A DNA stretch of 50,887 nucleotides, from assembly GCF_001194135.2 (NCBI RefSeq), contig NC_068981.1, positions 181,904,240 to 181,955,126 on the forward strand, given 5' to 3'. The stretch comes from Octopus bimaculoides. Its lineage: Eukaryota. The translations under genes were made by a program, and so were the position numbers. The notes below the pieces were generated by a model, which had not been told where the DNA came from, made no database searches, and worked only from the letters and a program-made list of their open reading frames with translations. Positions 10,938 to 24,292 of the stretch are shown piece by piece. Numbering within the stretch: the stretch's first letter is position 1; the number at the start of each line of letters is the position of its first letter.

Positions 10938-11838
10938 GCAAGATTCCTGATGTGAAATCGTTTGTTGAAACAGATATTGTTGTATTTTGGGATGGTCATT
11001 TAAAAATTTTTTTTTTGCAAATAAACAAAAATGACCATCCCAAAATACAACAATATATATNNNNNNNNNNNNNNNNNNNNNNNNNNNNNNNNNNNNNNNN
11101 NNNNNNNNNNNNNNNNNNNNNNNNNNNNNNNNNNNNNNNNNNNNNNNNNNNNNNNNNNNNNNNNNNNNNNNNNNNNNNNNNNNNNNNNNNNNNNNNNNNN
11201 NNNNNNNNNNNNNNNNNNNNNNNNNNNNNNNNNNNNNNNNNNNNNNNNNNNNNNNNNNNNNNNNNNNNNNNNNNNNNNNNNNNNNNNNNNNNNNNNNNNN
11301 NNNNNNNNNNNNNNNNNNNNNNNNNNNNNNNNNNNNNNNNNNNNNNNNNNNNNNNNNNNNNNNNNNNNNNNNNNNNNNNNNNNNNNNNNNNNNNNNNNNN
11401 NNNNNNNNNNNNNNNNNNNNNNNNNNNNNNNNNNNNNNNNNNNNNNNNNNNNNNNNNNNNNNNNNNNNNNNNNNNNNNNNNNNNNNNNNNNNNNNNNNNN
11501 NNNNNNNNNNNNNNNNNNNNNNNNNNNNNNNNNNNNNNNNNNNNNNNNNNNNNNNNNNNNNNNNNNNNNNNNNNNNNNNNNNNNNNNNNNNNNNNNNNNN
11601 NNNNNNNNNNNNNNNNNNNNNNNNNNNNNNNNNNNNNNNNNNNNNNNNACACTCAATATTTCATCTACATTCAATACTTTCTTTCATGGTGCCATCCATT
11701 TTTATTTTATTTTATTTTATATTATATATTGTATATTATATTATATATTGTATATTCCATATTCTATACCCCACATTGGTTCTGCAGGAATATAAATAAA
11801 ACATTAAAAACAGACAGTGTTGGAACTCTTTTAAACAA

Positions 11839-11874
<36 letters not shown>

Positions 11875-11904
11875 TTATCTATGTGTTTCAGCCAAGTGGC
11901 TGCG

Positions 11905-12095
11905 GTCATGCTGATACACACATACATATATCATGGGCTGCTTTCAGTTTTCATCTCCCAGATCCACTTGCGAGGCTTTGGTTGGCCTGAGGTTATAGTA
12001 GAAGACACTTGCCCAAGGTACCATGCAGTGGCACTGAACCTGGAACCATGTGGCTGGGGAACAAGCTTCTTACCATACAGCTACACTTGCGCCTG
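11905..12095 (-). mobile_element. SINE family A head
   Basis: gaagacacttgcccaaggtaccatgcagtggcactgaacctggaaccatgtgg. Confidence 0.8.
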
Positions 12096-14324
12096 CATGT
12101 TTTTATTTATTTATTTATTTTTTTTAACCATTCCCCAAGATAACCATTACTAAGATTATTTCTGTTTTCAATCCTCCCATTCTGGTTATCTCTAGTTCCA
12201 GGCCTTTACATTTGGTTTATTATTAATACTTTGCGAGTTAATTACTTCTGCTGGTGAGCTATTGATAACTCGGTATGGGACATGTTTAACTGAGGTAAGA
12301 GCCTTCTCGCCTCGTGCAGATAAACAAATACTGTGTAGCAAGGGAAAATAACATTAAGTACTTCACAGTGAATCTGATGTTGACCTAGAACTGATGAAAG
12401 ATAAGATTTTCTGGATGAATTTACATGGTGCAGGATGGTGGTGAATGAGGGAGGAAGTTTGGAGCAGCATATTGGGTGGTGAGTCTATGGAGCACATAAT
12501 GAAAACCATTTCACAAACCTTGTAAATTGATGCTGGATGAAATCAACATGATCTTGGAAATAATATATAAAATCTTGATAGCAATGTGTCTAGCAATATA
12601 TTATTTATATGTAATCTTGACTAGCTGTTGCCTGGCAGAAAATATGGCTCTTTAGATTTGATAATCTGAAAGGATTATCAGTTAATATCCGAGACCCTGT
12701 TTTTTTTTTTTTTTAATTTTTTGTTTTTGTTCTTTGTTGTTGTTTTTATGAATAATCTGTTTTATTCCTAGTTTCATTACATTATCTTCAAGCAAAGTAT
12801 TTTACATGCTTTGAGGTGGGGACGCTTGCAAATAACTCAGTAAATATTTTTTAGATTTAAGTGATTCATTTCAAGACAGTTGAGTAGTTAAGAAGTTCAC
12901 TTTTTACAACTTGTAAGCTTTGGGTTCAATCCTATCTTGGGCTATAGTCTCAGGCCAATCAGTACCTTGTGAGTGAAATTTGGTAGTCAGACTATCCAGA
13001 AACCTATCGAATATGTGTGCACGTGCATAAGCATAAATTTTCTTATTGTTGATCATCTTTAATTTTAGATTTTGAATGATTTTAGATAAACTAATTTTAA
13101 AATCTCAAGTTATGTCATGCTGAAGAGCCCAGAACCAGGGTGAAATGGTACTATCCACAACCATATAATAAAAGAATTACATTGAAAAAATGTGTAATAT
13201 GTATGCTGTTTTCATGCTTTGATAATGATTTCTCAATATAAGGAAAAAGAAAAAATATACTTAGAAGTGATTTTATCCTCTAAAATAGCAATTCTCTCTC
13301 TCACATCATATAGTAGCTCCTAGTTAGCAAAAACCGTGTATTCATATTGTCTTTGTTTGAGAAAAAAAAAAATGGTGTTTTATCTCTTCCATAAATACGA
13401 TATCCTGTAGCTTATTTTGTGTGAATGAAGGTGACGTTGCCTTTGGCAGTGTTTTAACCGTGTGTGCAGGGAGTCAAAACTAATACTGTAATCACTTTGT
13501 CTTATGTCTTGCTTTAAATTGCCTTTGAAAGTTTTTCTGTTTTTTAAGATAACAATGTGTTCAAAATTATTGAATTAAAAAAAAAATGACAGATAATCAA
13601 AGATGCTGTTTAATTCCACGATAAACATTTCTCATCTCATCAGGTCTATACTTGCCTGATTTGAGTATATCCAACAAAAAAAACAAAAAATTGATATCTC
13701 TGTGAAGATATGATGTGTCATAATTATATGTAAAGCTAGCCTAAAATTCTTTTTATAGATTTTCTTTCCTCCTAACAACGTTGATATAACGACTCACTTG
13801 GACAAGTTTCTCTATAATGAAGTTGCACAACAGTCATCACTAAACCTGTTAGGACAGGATATGACTTGCACTGATTAAATTGTTGGTGTATTATTTAGGT
13901 GTGGAATATCTTTCTGGTTTGCTTGTTTACATAGGCCATCCTCACTAATTATATTGCTTTATCAATTTTCCTTTATTTTTATTTCACCACAGACAAACAT
14001 TAAGATGCACCTCTATCAATTGTTATTCAATCAATAAAAAAGATAACTGCTTCATTAGTATAGTATTCTCTGAGGATTGAGTTGGCTCTTCTTAATCCAA
14101 GATAATCACCTTTCATCTAACAACTTAGTTCTGGCTACAGACATTGATCTTTTTGAACACTTAACCCCCTAACCCCAGCGGACTCTACTGAAGGTCCATT
14201 ACCACATCAATGGTAAATTGATGTTTTTCTTCCATTTTTTTTTTTTTTTTAGTCTAAAGTGTTAATTCTGTAATTTTGTTGTTAATTTCATTAATTCTAA
14301 TTAACCTAATTTGTCATCTTCAGT

Positions 14325-14552
14325 TTAACCTGCAGCATTTAAAGTGGCCATCTCAATCTCAACATATTCTACCTGTTTTATGTTCAATCTGGCCTTTCAC
14401 ACCTGCTTACTGGACAATGTGATTCTAAAATTAACAATCACATCTTTGAAATTTTGAAGCAATGAGATAACTCATGAGATAATTCATGATCAATTTGAAA
14501 CTGATCAATAAGCATTACATTTGACAAAGTAATCTGATAGTTAGAAGGTTAA
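14325..14552. mobile_element. TTAA-flanked MITE, same family as 28277-28500
   Basis: Shared body tacctgttttatgttcaa...attctaaaa.taacaatcacatc...aataagcattacatttgaca...aaggttaa. Confidence 0.7.
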
Positions 14553-15301
14553 GTTGTGATAAATGTTGTTAAATGATAATGTGCACCAATCATGTTCGTA
14601 TCCCAGTTTGTAAACAGATACTGGAATATTCCTTTGTTCAACTTTTGGTTTGCTTTTATCATTATACTTGAATGCATCTAGGCCTGACTATGTAATGAAA
14701 GTAAGTGCATCAGTTGCTAAATATAGAAAGAACTCCGTATGGTGAAGCAAGGTCAGTCACCATCACTGTCGCTATAACCACCACCACCACCATCAGCAAC
14801 ATAACCATCATCATCATCATCATCATTCATGATATTATAAAGATATACATTTAACACTACTTTATCTTTAGAATTTGTTTATTTCAAAAGCTAAGTATTT
14901 TCATGGCACTAAAAGTATGTCTGTTAGGATTGCCTGCTGTAAAATGCTGTGAAAAATCTAAATTGTGGAAAGAATGAAAAAAACGTGTATTTTAATTTTT
15001 GATGGGTTATTGCCAGTCAACTATTTTCTCTGCTTTGATGTGAGCACATTGTTTCTCTTGACAGACTAGATTAATCAATGGAACAGACGGAACATTGTAA
15101 CAACTGGGAATTGTGAAAACAAAATTGTTGGGATAGGAGGTTGGGTGGGAATGGAAGCCACCTTTATCTTTCATCTCAAGTTACAAAACTGATATCAAGA
15201 GTTAATACTTCGGTTAAAAAAAAAATACTAAGATTGCATGTTATAATTGATTGTCGTTTATTGTATAAAATATAATTGAAACATTTTCTTCTTTCCTGTA
15301 G

Positions 15302-15408
15302 GGATTAGCAAAGCAGACAGATCTAAGCATTCGTCAGGTGGAAAGATGGTTCAGAGGTCGACGGAAACTAGAAAAACCGAGTGTACTGAAGAAATTTGTG
15401 GAATCTGG
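15302..15408 (+). CDS. CERS5/6-like: CerS exon, Hox-like domain C-terminal half (107 nt, phase 0/2)
   Basis: tttcctgtag acceptor, gtaaga donor; [35 protein letters not shown] resembles CerS GLSKQLDW..IQRWFRQRRNQEKP. Confidence 0.95.
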
Positions 15409-16197
15409 GTAAGATCGGCTTTAAAGCTAAACTAAGGACAGAGATTAATGCTGTTTAAATTATAGGAACTTTTCTCAACAACTAGTGGTTTGATTCTTTT
15501 GTTTTTTTTTCTCTCTCTCTCCTAAGAGCATTAGGTGCACAGATTTCTCTGTGATTGCAGTGGCAGCAGCAGAAAGAGATTATATTTTAGCCTATGTGTA
15601 TCATAGTATCATAATAACTGAGTAGGTGGCAGCTTATCAGTTTAATATATAGTACGTAGTAGCAGAAAGAAAAAAAAAGTTGTTTGGGGAAGGTACTTAA
15701 GTATGTTTACTTTAGTCTATCTTCTTAAAATTGCTGCTACTGGATACGACGAGTTCATTTATTATTTGAGTTCTTATTTTTAGATGGCGGTATTTCATTC
15801 ACTGAAGCAGGACATGATTTAACTATAAACATTCCAGGATGCTGATGAATTGACAAAACCATTCATGTCAGATAAATTGCTTTGCAGTGTTTAAGCCCAA
15901 CCTTTTACATTCCAAGTTCAAATCCCTCTGGTCATCTTTGCCTTTCTACTTTCTGAGGAAAATGAAATAAATTACCAGAGTTCATTTATATTCCTATAAT
16001 ATATCTTAGATGTGATTGGAATTAGAATACTATTGACAAATTAGGTATAAGTATGTGGTTAAGTTTATTTCCCAACTGCATCATTTTGGGTTCAGTCCCA
16101 CTGCTTGGCACCTTAGGTAAGTGTCTCTTACAATGACCCTGGACTGAATATAAAGCTTTGTGAGTGGATTTGGTAAAGAGAAACTAAAAGAATCCTC

Positions 16198-16243
<46 letters not shown>

Positions 16244-19200
16244 GCCTGGCTCTCCATCGGTAACAATAACCAGCATTCCTGTTGATCCAATCAGTAGAAC
16301 TGCCTACTCGTGAAATTAAGGATTTATAAAGTCTATAATTCTAAGGTGGGTGAAGGCAGATAGCTCAGTGGTTAGGGGATTCAGCTCATGGTCATAAATT
16401 TGATTCCTGGCAGCACATTCTGTCCTTGAGCAAGACACTTTATTTCTTGTTGCTCCAGTCCATTTAGCTGCCAAAAATGAGTTGTACCTGTAATTCAAAG
16501 GGCCAGCTTTGTCGCATTCTGTGTCATGTTGAATCACCCTGAGAACTGCATTAAGGGTAAATATGTCTGTGGAGTGCTCAGCCACCTGCACTTTAATTTC
16601 ATGAGCAGACTGTTCTACTCATATCGACTGAAACCTGCAACATTGTAACCGATGGAATGCCAGTTGTAAGGTAAGTGTTATGTTACACCCATTTGCTGCT
16701 GCTGTTGCAAATATAAACCTTTTACCAGTTTCAATCAGTGGGCTGTGAGATATGTTTGGTCCAGAAATCTGCCAAAAAGTTTTCTGCTAATTTTGATATT
16801 TGGTTGTTAGCCAGTTAAGTTTTGATCAGTTTTCATAAAAACATTACTGGAATTTGGGGGTTGTAATCTTTCTCGGTTATTTATATATTTTCTAAAGTTA
16901 TTTTTAATATCTACATTAATTTCTCTGTTTCTGTACCCACTTAGGGTTGGAGGAATCTGCAAATTCTTATATTTGTATAGGTGCAGACATGGCTATGTAG
17001 ATGCAAAGTTTGCTTTTAAACTATATAATTCTGAGTTTCTTCTTTTCCCCCCTTACAACTTAATCAGCAACTACACTAGTACCAGTGGCACAAAAAAAAA
17101 AGGCAGGGGGGGGCGACTTAGTACATATTGTAAGATGGCAAGTTTTAGGAAGGGAATCCAGCTGTAAAAATCCTGCCAAATCAGACAATGGTGCTTGGTG
17201 CAGCTCTGTGTCTCGCTGGATCCTGTCAAATCATCCAACCCATGTTGGCATGGAAAATGGATGTTAAATGATGATGATGATGATTAGATTGCTTTACTTA
17301 CTCTATTTTTCTATACTGTCTTGGGATTGGATAGATCTGCAAATTCTTATAGTTGTACTGCCTTCATTTCTCTCTAGTCTGTGCATGTCTTCTGCATTCA
17401 GAGCCCATGCCTCACTACCATGGAGTATTGCACTCAAGCATCATATAATCTACCTTTTACTCTGAGAGAGAGTCCTTATATTGCCAACAGATGTAATAAC
17501 TCTCTGAACTTCCTCCATCCTATTCTTATTCTGGAAACAATACTTTCAAAGCATCCTCCACCATTGCTAATTTGGTCACCTAGGTAACAGAAACTATCTA
17601 CAACCCCAAGAGAGCCTCCTGGGCATTTCAGAGAGCCTGTGTCCTTACTGCTTATTGTTCCTGCACATCTGCCACATACAAAGATGACTTTATCTGTTAA
17701 TCTACCTGTGATTCCACTGCACCTCTTATGTGTCCATAGCTTAAACTGGGTGCAACGAATGGAATTACTTCCAACTCCTTTCCTACATTCTGAGCAGGGT
17801 GATTTACCTGATGAAAATTTCTGTTTGCTGGGTCTTTGAGCTTCCGTAATCTTCTTTTCCAGAATGGTTTATCTCTGTCTTTCTAGCTCTAATTCTGAAG
17901 TCGCTAACTAGTAATCTGTTGGGTTGTAAAACTTTGCATTTGTAAGCATCTGTCTATCTCATTGCCTGGTGAGGAGGTAAGCAATCTGGTTTATATGCCC
18001 CCCCCCCCCCGACTGATAAGTGATTTGGTGGCTGGCTGTTTTTCTGAAGTTAGTGTTGCAGCTTGTGAGATCATTTGCATCACAGAACTCCAGCAGTTTT
18101 GTTCCCTCCTCATTCTAGGGCCAAAGCCATAACCACCATGCACTCCGTGGGGATGCTGTCCAACATGTCCATTGAAGTCATCTGCCACAATAATAAAGTC
18201 TCTGTCATTTGTCATTAAGGTAGTCTGCAAAAGGACCTCGTAGAATCAGTCTTTTTACTCATCAGCCAACCCAGACTGAGTAGCATAGGCAGAGATAAAT
18301 GTAACAGTTAATTTATCTATGATAAGTCTCAACTAAATTACCTTATCACATACTCTGACTACCTCAATTACCTTATCTACCCACTTTTCTACCTACACCA
18401 CTTAGTCCATCACTCCTGCCTACCTAGAAGGATTTGAATCTCTATTTCTTACCTGTGAAGAATCCACCAGAGGCTCCCCTTCCATCTTCTTGCACACCAC
18501 ACACATCAACATGGCATCGCTCCAGTATTTCAATAATATCCCCATTCCTTCCTTTCATTGTGTCAATGTTGATGGTAATGGCCTTGAAATTGTGTACTTG
18601 GGAGTGACAGTGAGAAGGCAGTTGTGGAACTTTTGCCATTACTAAAAAGATCTGTGCAAACACTTTCCAGCTAGTGTAGAGCTTTGGGACACAGTTTATT
18701 TAATGAATTACAATGATTTATAATTCCCTCAATCCCTTACAACATGCAGAGCAAGAGCCAGCAAAGATGTGATGAAGACAGTATGAGAAGAGGGCATGTT
18801 GGTTGACCAGGAAGAGAAGAGAGAGGGTGGCTACACAGGACTGTTAAATATTATATCTAAATATTTATGTATGCGATACCCTTGGATGTATATGGCACTC
18901 ATGGATGCTTGCATTGAGGTATATGGTACAAATAAGAAAGTAAGCAAAATATGTACCTTTACCCTTATCCACAGTACAGGAGGTGGGGTATATGAGCCGC
19001 TTGGTGAAACTGTTCATGTACTGTTTAAATTAAAATGGTGGGAGGAAGGGGGGCGGCGATTGTAACGAGTATGCAAACACACACACTGTGTTCATAACCT
19101 GTGCAAACAAATACCAATCTTCATAGTTAAACAGACTTACAAGGAGTCGTAATATTTAATTATTATTCTTATTATCATTATTATTATTATTATTATTATT

Positions 19201-22200
19201 AAGGTGGCGAGCTGGCAGAATCATTAGCACACTGAATGAAATGCTTAGTGGTGTTTTACCTGTTGCTAAGTTCTGAGTTCCAATTCTGCCGAGGTTGACT
19301 TTACCTTTCATCCTTTTGGAGTCGATAAAATAAGTACCAGTTGATGACTGGGGTTGATGTAATCGACAAGTCCCCTGGCTCCCAAAATTTCAGGTCTTGT
19401 CCCTTTAATAGGAGGAATCATTATTATTAATAATAATAATACCATATTAATACACATGTACATTTTAATCAGCATCTTCATCATATAAACATTATGCAAT
19501 GAGGAAGACAGGCTGAAATACATGTGGCCTTGGCAAATGGGATATTATGAGAAATGGGAAATTTATAAACATTGACTGTCACATTTGAATAAAATATGAA
19601 CTTAAAAACTTAGCTGTTGATTCAAAAGCTGGGGGGAAAAAAAGTTTTTAGTGCATTAACGCATAGAAATATTTAAAGCAACTTTGCATGTAGGACCTGG
19701 GGGTAGGGAATTTTTTGAGATTTTTTCCTTGAAAAAAAAATTGATCTTATATGCCATCAAATATTGTATTGAATTAATTCCACTTAGAAACGTTTTGGAA
19801 TATTTTCTTACCATTTTCTTTCTTAGATGGCGTTGTACATTTTATTCTGCAATATTCATTTATGGAATGGTGATGCTTTTGGATGTAAGTAACTGTAATC
19901 ATTTTTATTAAAAAAAATTTAATTTAAAGTTAACAGCTTCTAGAATTCTAACACCTCTGGTATCCATGTTAGTTTTGTATGTTTCTTTTATTTTTTTCTT
20001 AATATAACAATTTAAGTATTGCTTACCATTTCTTTTTGGCATGTCCCTGCAGTTAAGAACTTCACTTTGCAACCATATGGTTTCATTTTCTAACTACATG
20101 ACAATGGTACTATAGCCTTGGGCTGACCACTGCCACATGAGTGAAAGTTGGTTGACAGAAACCCATTGTATGTATGTGTGTTTGTCTCCATGTGTCTTTG
20201 CACTTACACTGCTTGGGCAGTAGTAACATTTGTTTATATCCTACATGAACAGTATGTCTGGTAGCTCACTGGTTTCACAATGTATTAGGACCAGTGGAAT
20301 GAAGTACTTTAGTTGTAAACAAGTAAATGTTATCAGAAAGAGCATCCAGCATACTGCCTCAGTAAGTTCTATCCACCCCATGTCAGAAATGGGCATAAAA
20401 AGTACAATGATGAATGACTTAGAATACATTGTACAAGAGAATAGATTTTAGTTTAATGCTATTCTAGTATTGTGTCAGAAGTGGGCATGATCTTTTTATT
20501 AATCATATATATTGCCCCTTCCTCCTAATGGCTTTTTGAGTGTCTCAACAGCTTTTTGTTGTTCACTGTACTTCCATGTTCCACAAAATCAAGGTGAATG
20601 ATGCCTTCATCTTTCCAAAAATCAGTTACTATCACTTTTCTGTGTCAGTTGTTGACTCTTCTTAATCCCTGGAGAAAAGGTGTGATAACATTCCATGGAT
20701 TGAGCCTTTATTTCCAGATTATAAAGATATGCCCACATTTCATAACCTGTTGCCAGTTTGGCAAAATAAAGGTGTCTTGATTGGCTTCAGACACTTCTAG
20801 TAAATCAGAACAAACTTTCATGCTTCTCTCAGTTAAGTGTCAACTGCTGAGGTACTCACTTTGCTCACACTTTTCAGTACTCTGCTTTCCACCATCTTTT
20901 AGTAACATATTGTGCCATAAACTCACAAATTGTGACACATTCATCTGTGTAAATCAATTTGCCCACTTAATAGTGATTCATATTAGTGGTTGCAGTCGAT
21001 GGTCTCGTACCACATGATTTTTGTCTACTTCATCCATTTGTGAAGATTGCTTTTGTCAGTGGTGTCATCTCCATAAAGAACCTGTAGCCTTCTGTGGATG
21101 TCAGACAGTCTGAACTCCTCCTTTTCCAAGAACTCGATAACAGCCTGTTGTTTCATGTGGAACCCATTATTTTCCTGCAATGAAACCAAGGAAGGAGAGT
21201 TACTACAGAGGACATGTACAGTTTGAATGACCTACATCAGTTAATAGAAATAGTTTTGCATTACTTTCAGTATAACTCTTCTATTTTTGAATGCCTATAA
21301 CAGTGGTTATTTTACTTCCCTTTCCTTCTACGAGCATAATTTTTTAAAATTACTTTTAATTGTATTGATGATGCTTCAGATGTGTTGTATTTCCTTTGTA
21401 GAAAGTCTGGCTGTGGAAACCTGTTAATTGTTGGATAGGCTATCCACATCATGTAAGATTACAATTTTTATACAGTTTAAAGCTTTTATAAAATGTTTTT
21501 GTTGTTTTGTTTTTTTTTCCTCCTCAAAATATTTCAGTGTGTTGTTTTATTTCACTAAAATTTAAATATGTAAGATGACACTTCAAAAAAGAACGTGCAT
21601 AAAATTGATAAACTAAGAAAAGTCCGATGTGCAGATGTGGTTGTGTGGCAAGAATTTGCTTTCCAACCACATGATTTCAAGTGCAGTTCCACTGCATTGT
21701 ACTTTGGACAATTGTTTTTTATTAAAACTCTGGACTGATCAAAGCTTTATAAGTTGGACTTGGTAGACAAAAACTAAAAGAAGCCTATCATGTGTGTGTA
21801 TTATTGTCTCCTTATCTGACATCATGTGATGGCTGTGAGTCCTATCATCATGTAAATGGTGTCATCCATTTCCAATCATCCATGAAAACATGTCTGGCCT
21901 TGGGGAAATATTACCTTACCCAAGTAAGGTGAGTATTGGTGACAGGAAAGGTATCCAGCCATAGAAAATCTACGTTAACAAATTCTGTCTGCCTTGTACA
22001 AGCATGGAAAAGTAGATAAGTTATGAAGACATTCTTGAAAGCAAAAATATACATTGACTGCGATAGTTGTTTCAAGCTTTCATGGTTACTTTCTAAAAAT
22101 ATAAAACTAAATTTGAAACAGTTTCAGCCAAAATTGTCTGTAGAAGCGAAGATGAACAAAAAACGTATTTTTAGTTTATTCCTAATATTGTTACTTTTAT

Positions 22201-23237
22201 AAAATTCTTTAGAAATGAAAGGAATAAATTAATTTCAACCTTTAACTGCAGAATTAACTTTCATGGTTATTCCAAGAATGGTATTAAATATCTACCAAAA
22301 AATAGAATTGGTATTTTCTGTGAGTCACATTGATTCAATAGACTTGACAGAAAATAGTTTCAAACATGACACACCTTAACAAAAGATAGATTAGCATATA
22401 AAACTGTTTTCCACAGTTAAAGGTAATTAAATTTTGAGTGGATATATCTGAATTCTGCAGTAAAAGGGTTGATAAAAGACAGTGAAAACTAAAGTATTTA
22501 AAAAAAATAATAGTAAATAAACCAAAAGAATTATTTTATGTTTGCAACCATAATATTTTTAAAATATTATTCTAGCTTTACTTAGTATATGAATATTTTT
22601 ATAGAAGTTAACATGAATAAAAACTTTTTTTTTTTCAGTTGGTTGTTAGAAATATTTTAAAACTAAATGGAAAAGGGAAGAAAAAAACTCTCACTAAATA
22701 NNNNNNNNNNNNNNNNNNNNNNNNNNNNNNNNNNNNNNNNNNNNNNNNNNNNNNNNNNNNNNNNNNNNNNNNNNNNNNNNNNNNNNNNNNNNNNNNNNNN
22801 NNNNNNNNNNNNNNNNNNNNNNNNNNNNNNNNNNNNNNNNNNNNNNNNNNNNNNNNNNNNNNNNNNNNNNNNNNNNNNNNNNNNNNNNNNNNNNNNNNNN
22901 NNNNNNNNNNCAATAAACTAGAATGGAAACCTGTTACTTCAAAACTAGTTAGAATATAGTTTGCACATAAAACTAGTTAAAATATCGTTTTCACATTAAT
23001 GATAGCTGTTAGGCTATATATATATATATATATGTGATGTTAGTTATGGCCAGTTGATAGGGTTACCCATGATTTCACGTTCATAAAGTGCTTAGCTTTA
23101 TGGACATGAAACCTTGGGTAACCCTATGAACTGGCCATAACTAACATTCTCTAAATACTCTACTGCTCTATAACTTAGTGTGTGCTTTTCTTTTGGATTT
23201 ATGATTTACTGACAATATATATGTATATATATGTGTG

Positions 23238-23275
<38 letters not shown>

Positions 23276-24242
23276 TAGTAATAATTTATAGTCTAAATGT
23301 CATTTTGTGTAACAGCTGTTCTGAATGAAATGGATGTTTATCCCTATAAAATATAAAACCTGACAAATCTAGTTCTCTTGACACTATCTAATGTAAGTTG
23401 TTGTCAGCTGGTTTCAGATTCCTTCCATGCTGAAGGTTTTTATTACTGGTTAAAAAGTTATATTCTATGTATTGTTAAACCAAGAGTGGACTTGATCATA
23501 GCTTTACATAGCAGTGTTGTCAAGTTTCTACCTTTAGTGTGAAGTAGTTAGTAAGGACCAGGTTCCTGTGAATTGAACAGCTATGTCTTTGGGAGCTAAA
23601 TAAGAGTAATCAAAGGATTGCTTATCTGACTTGCAGGAAATTCGTCCAGAAATTTCTCTGATGCAGGATCACTTAGTGAGAAATTTAAGGTTTAGGTAAG
23701 TGTTCACAAGGCTTTGTCTTGAGTTCATAAATGTTCATCCTAACACTTGGAATCCATTGAATTGAAAATCAAGAGAGAATGGCTTGGTGGGAATGTTTTA
23801 TAAGCAAATATCATGGACAAACTGCAAGAGAAGTTTGATATAAGAGATGGTGGTCACATACAGCTGTTTGTTGTAGATGTGATCTTTTATTGATCAGTGT
23901 TGGTTTCAGTATGACACAGAACCAAATCAGCAATTAGCATAAAACATCTTGATGCGTGATATTTCAATTTATCAGTGTTTAGATAATGGACCTCTGGTTA
24001 TTTACAATATGGGATATAACACTGTTGCCCGAAGAATCTGGAATGCTCAACTAAATAATTTCTCTACAAGTGTAACTGTGTGGTAATAAGTTAGCTTCAC
24101 AACTGCATGGTTCCGGGTTCAGTCCCATTGTGTGGTAGCACCTTAGGCAAGTGTCTTTTACTATAGCCTTGGGCTGACCAAAGCTTTGTGAGTGAATTTG
24201 GTAGACAGAAACTGAAAGAAACCCATCGTGTGTGTGTGTGTG

Positions 24243-24292
<50 letters not shown>

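Noticed and set aside
12656-12679. gataatct-gaaa-ggattatc GNRA-tetraloop hairpin
   Set aside because: A single 8-10 bp AT-rich stem with no supporting context; expected by chance in 50 kb
13759-13878. tttttatag|ATTTTC... as a CerS 5' exon (IFFPPNNV...)
   Set aside because: The conserved R|F phase hits a stop after 9 codons; the other frame lacks FWLP/W.DL and has no good donor
16081-16290. ORFs with HTHT, YIYI or CVCV repeats
   Set aside because: Translations of (CA)n, (TA)n and (TG)n microsatellites within SINEs
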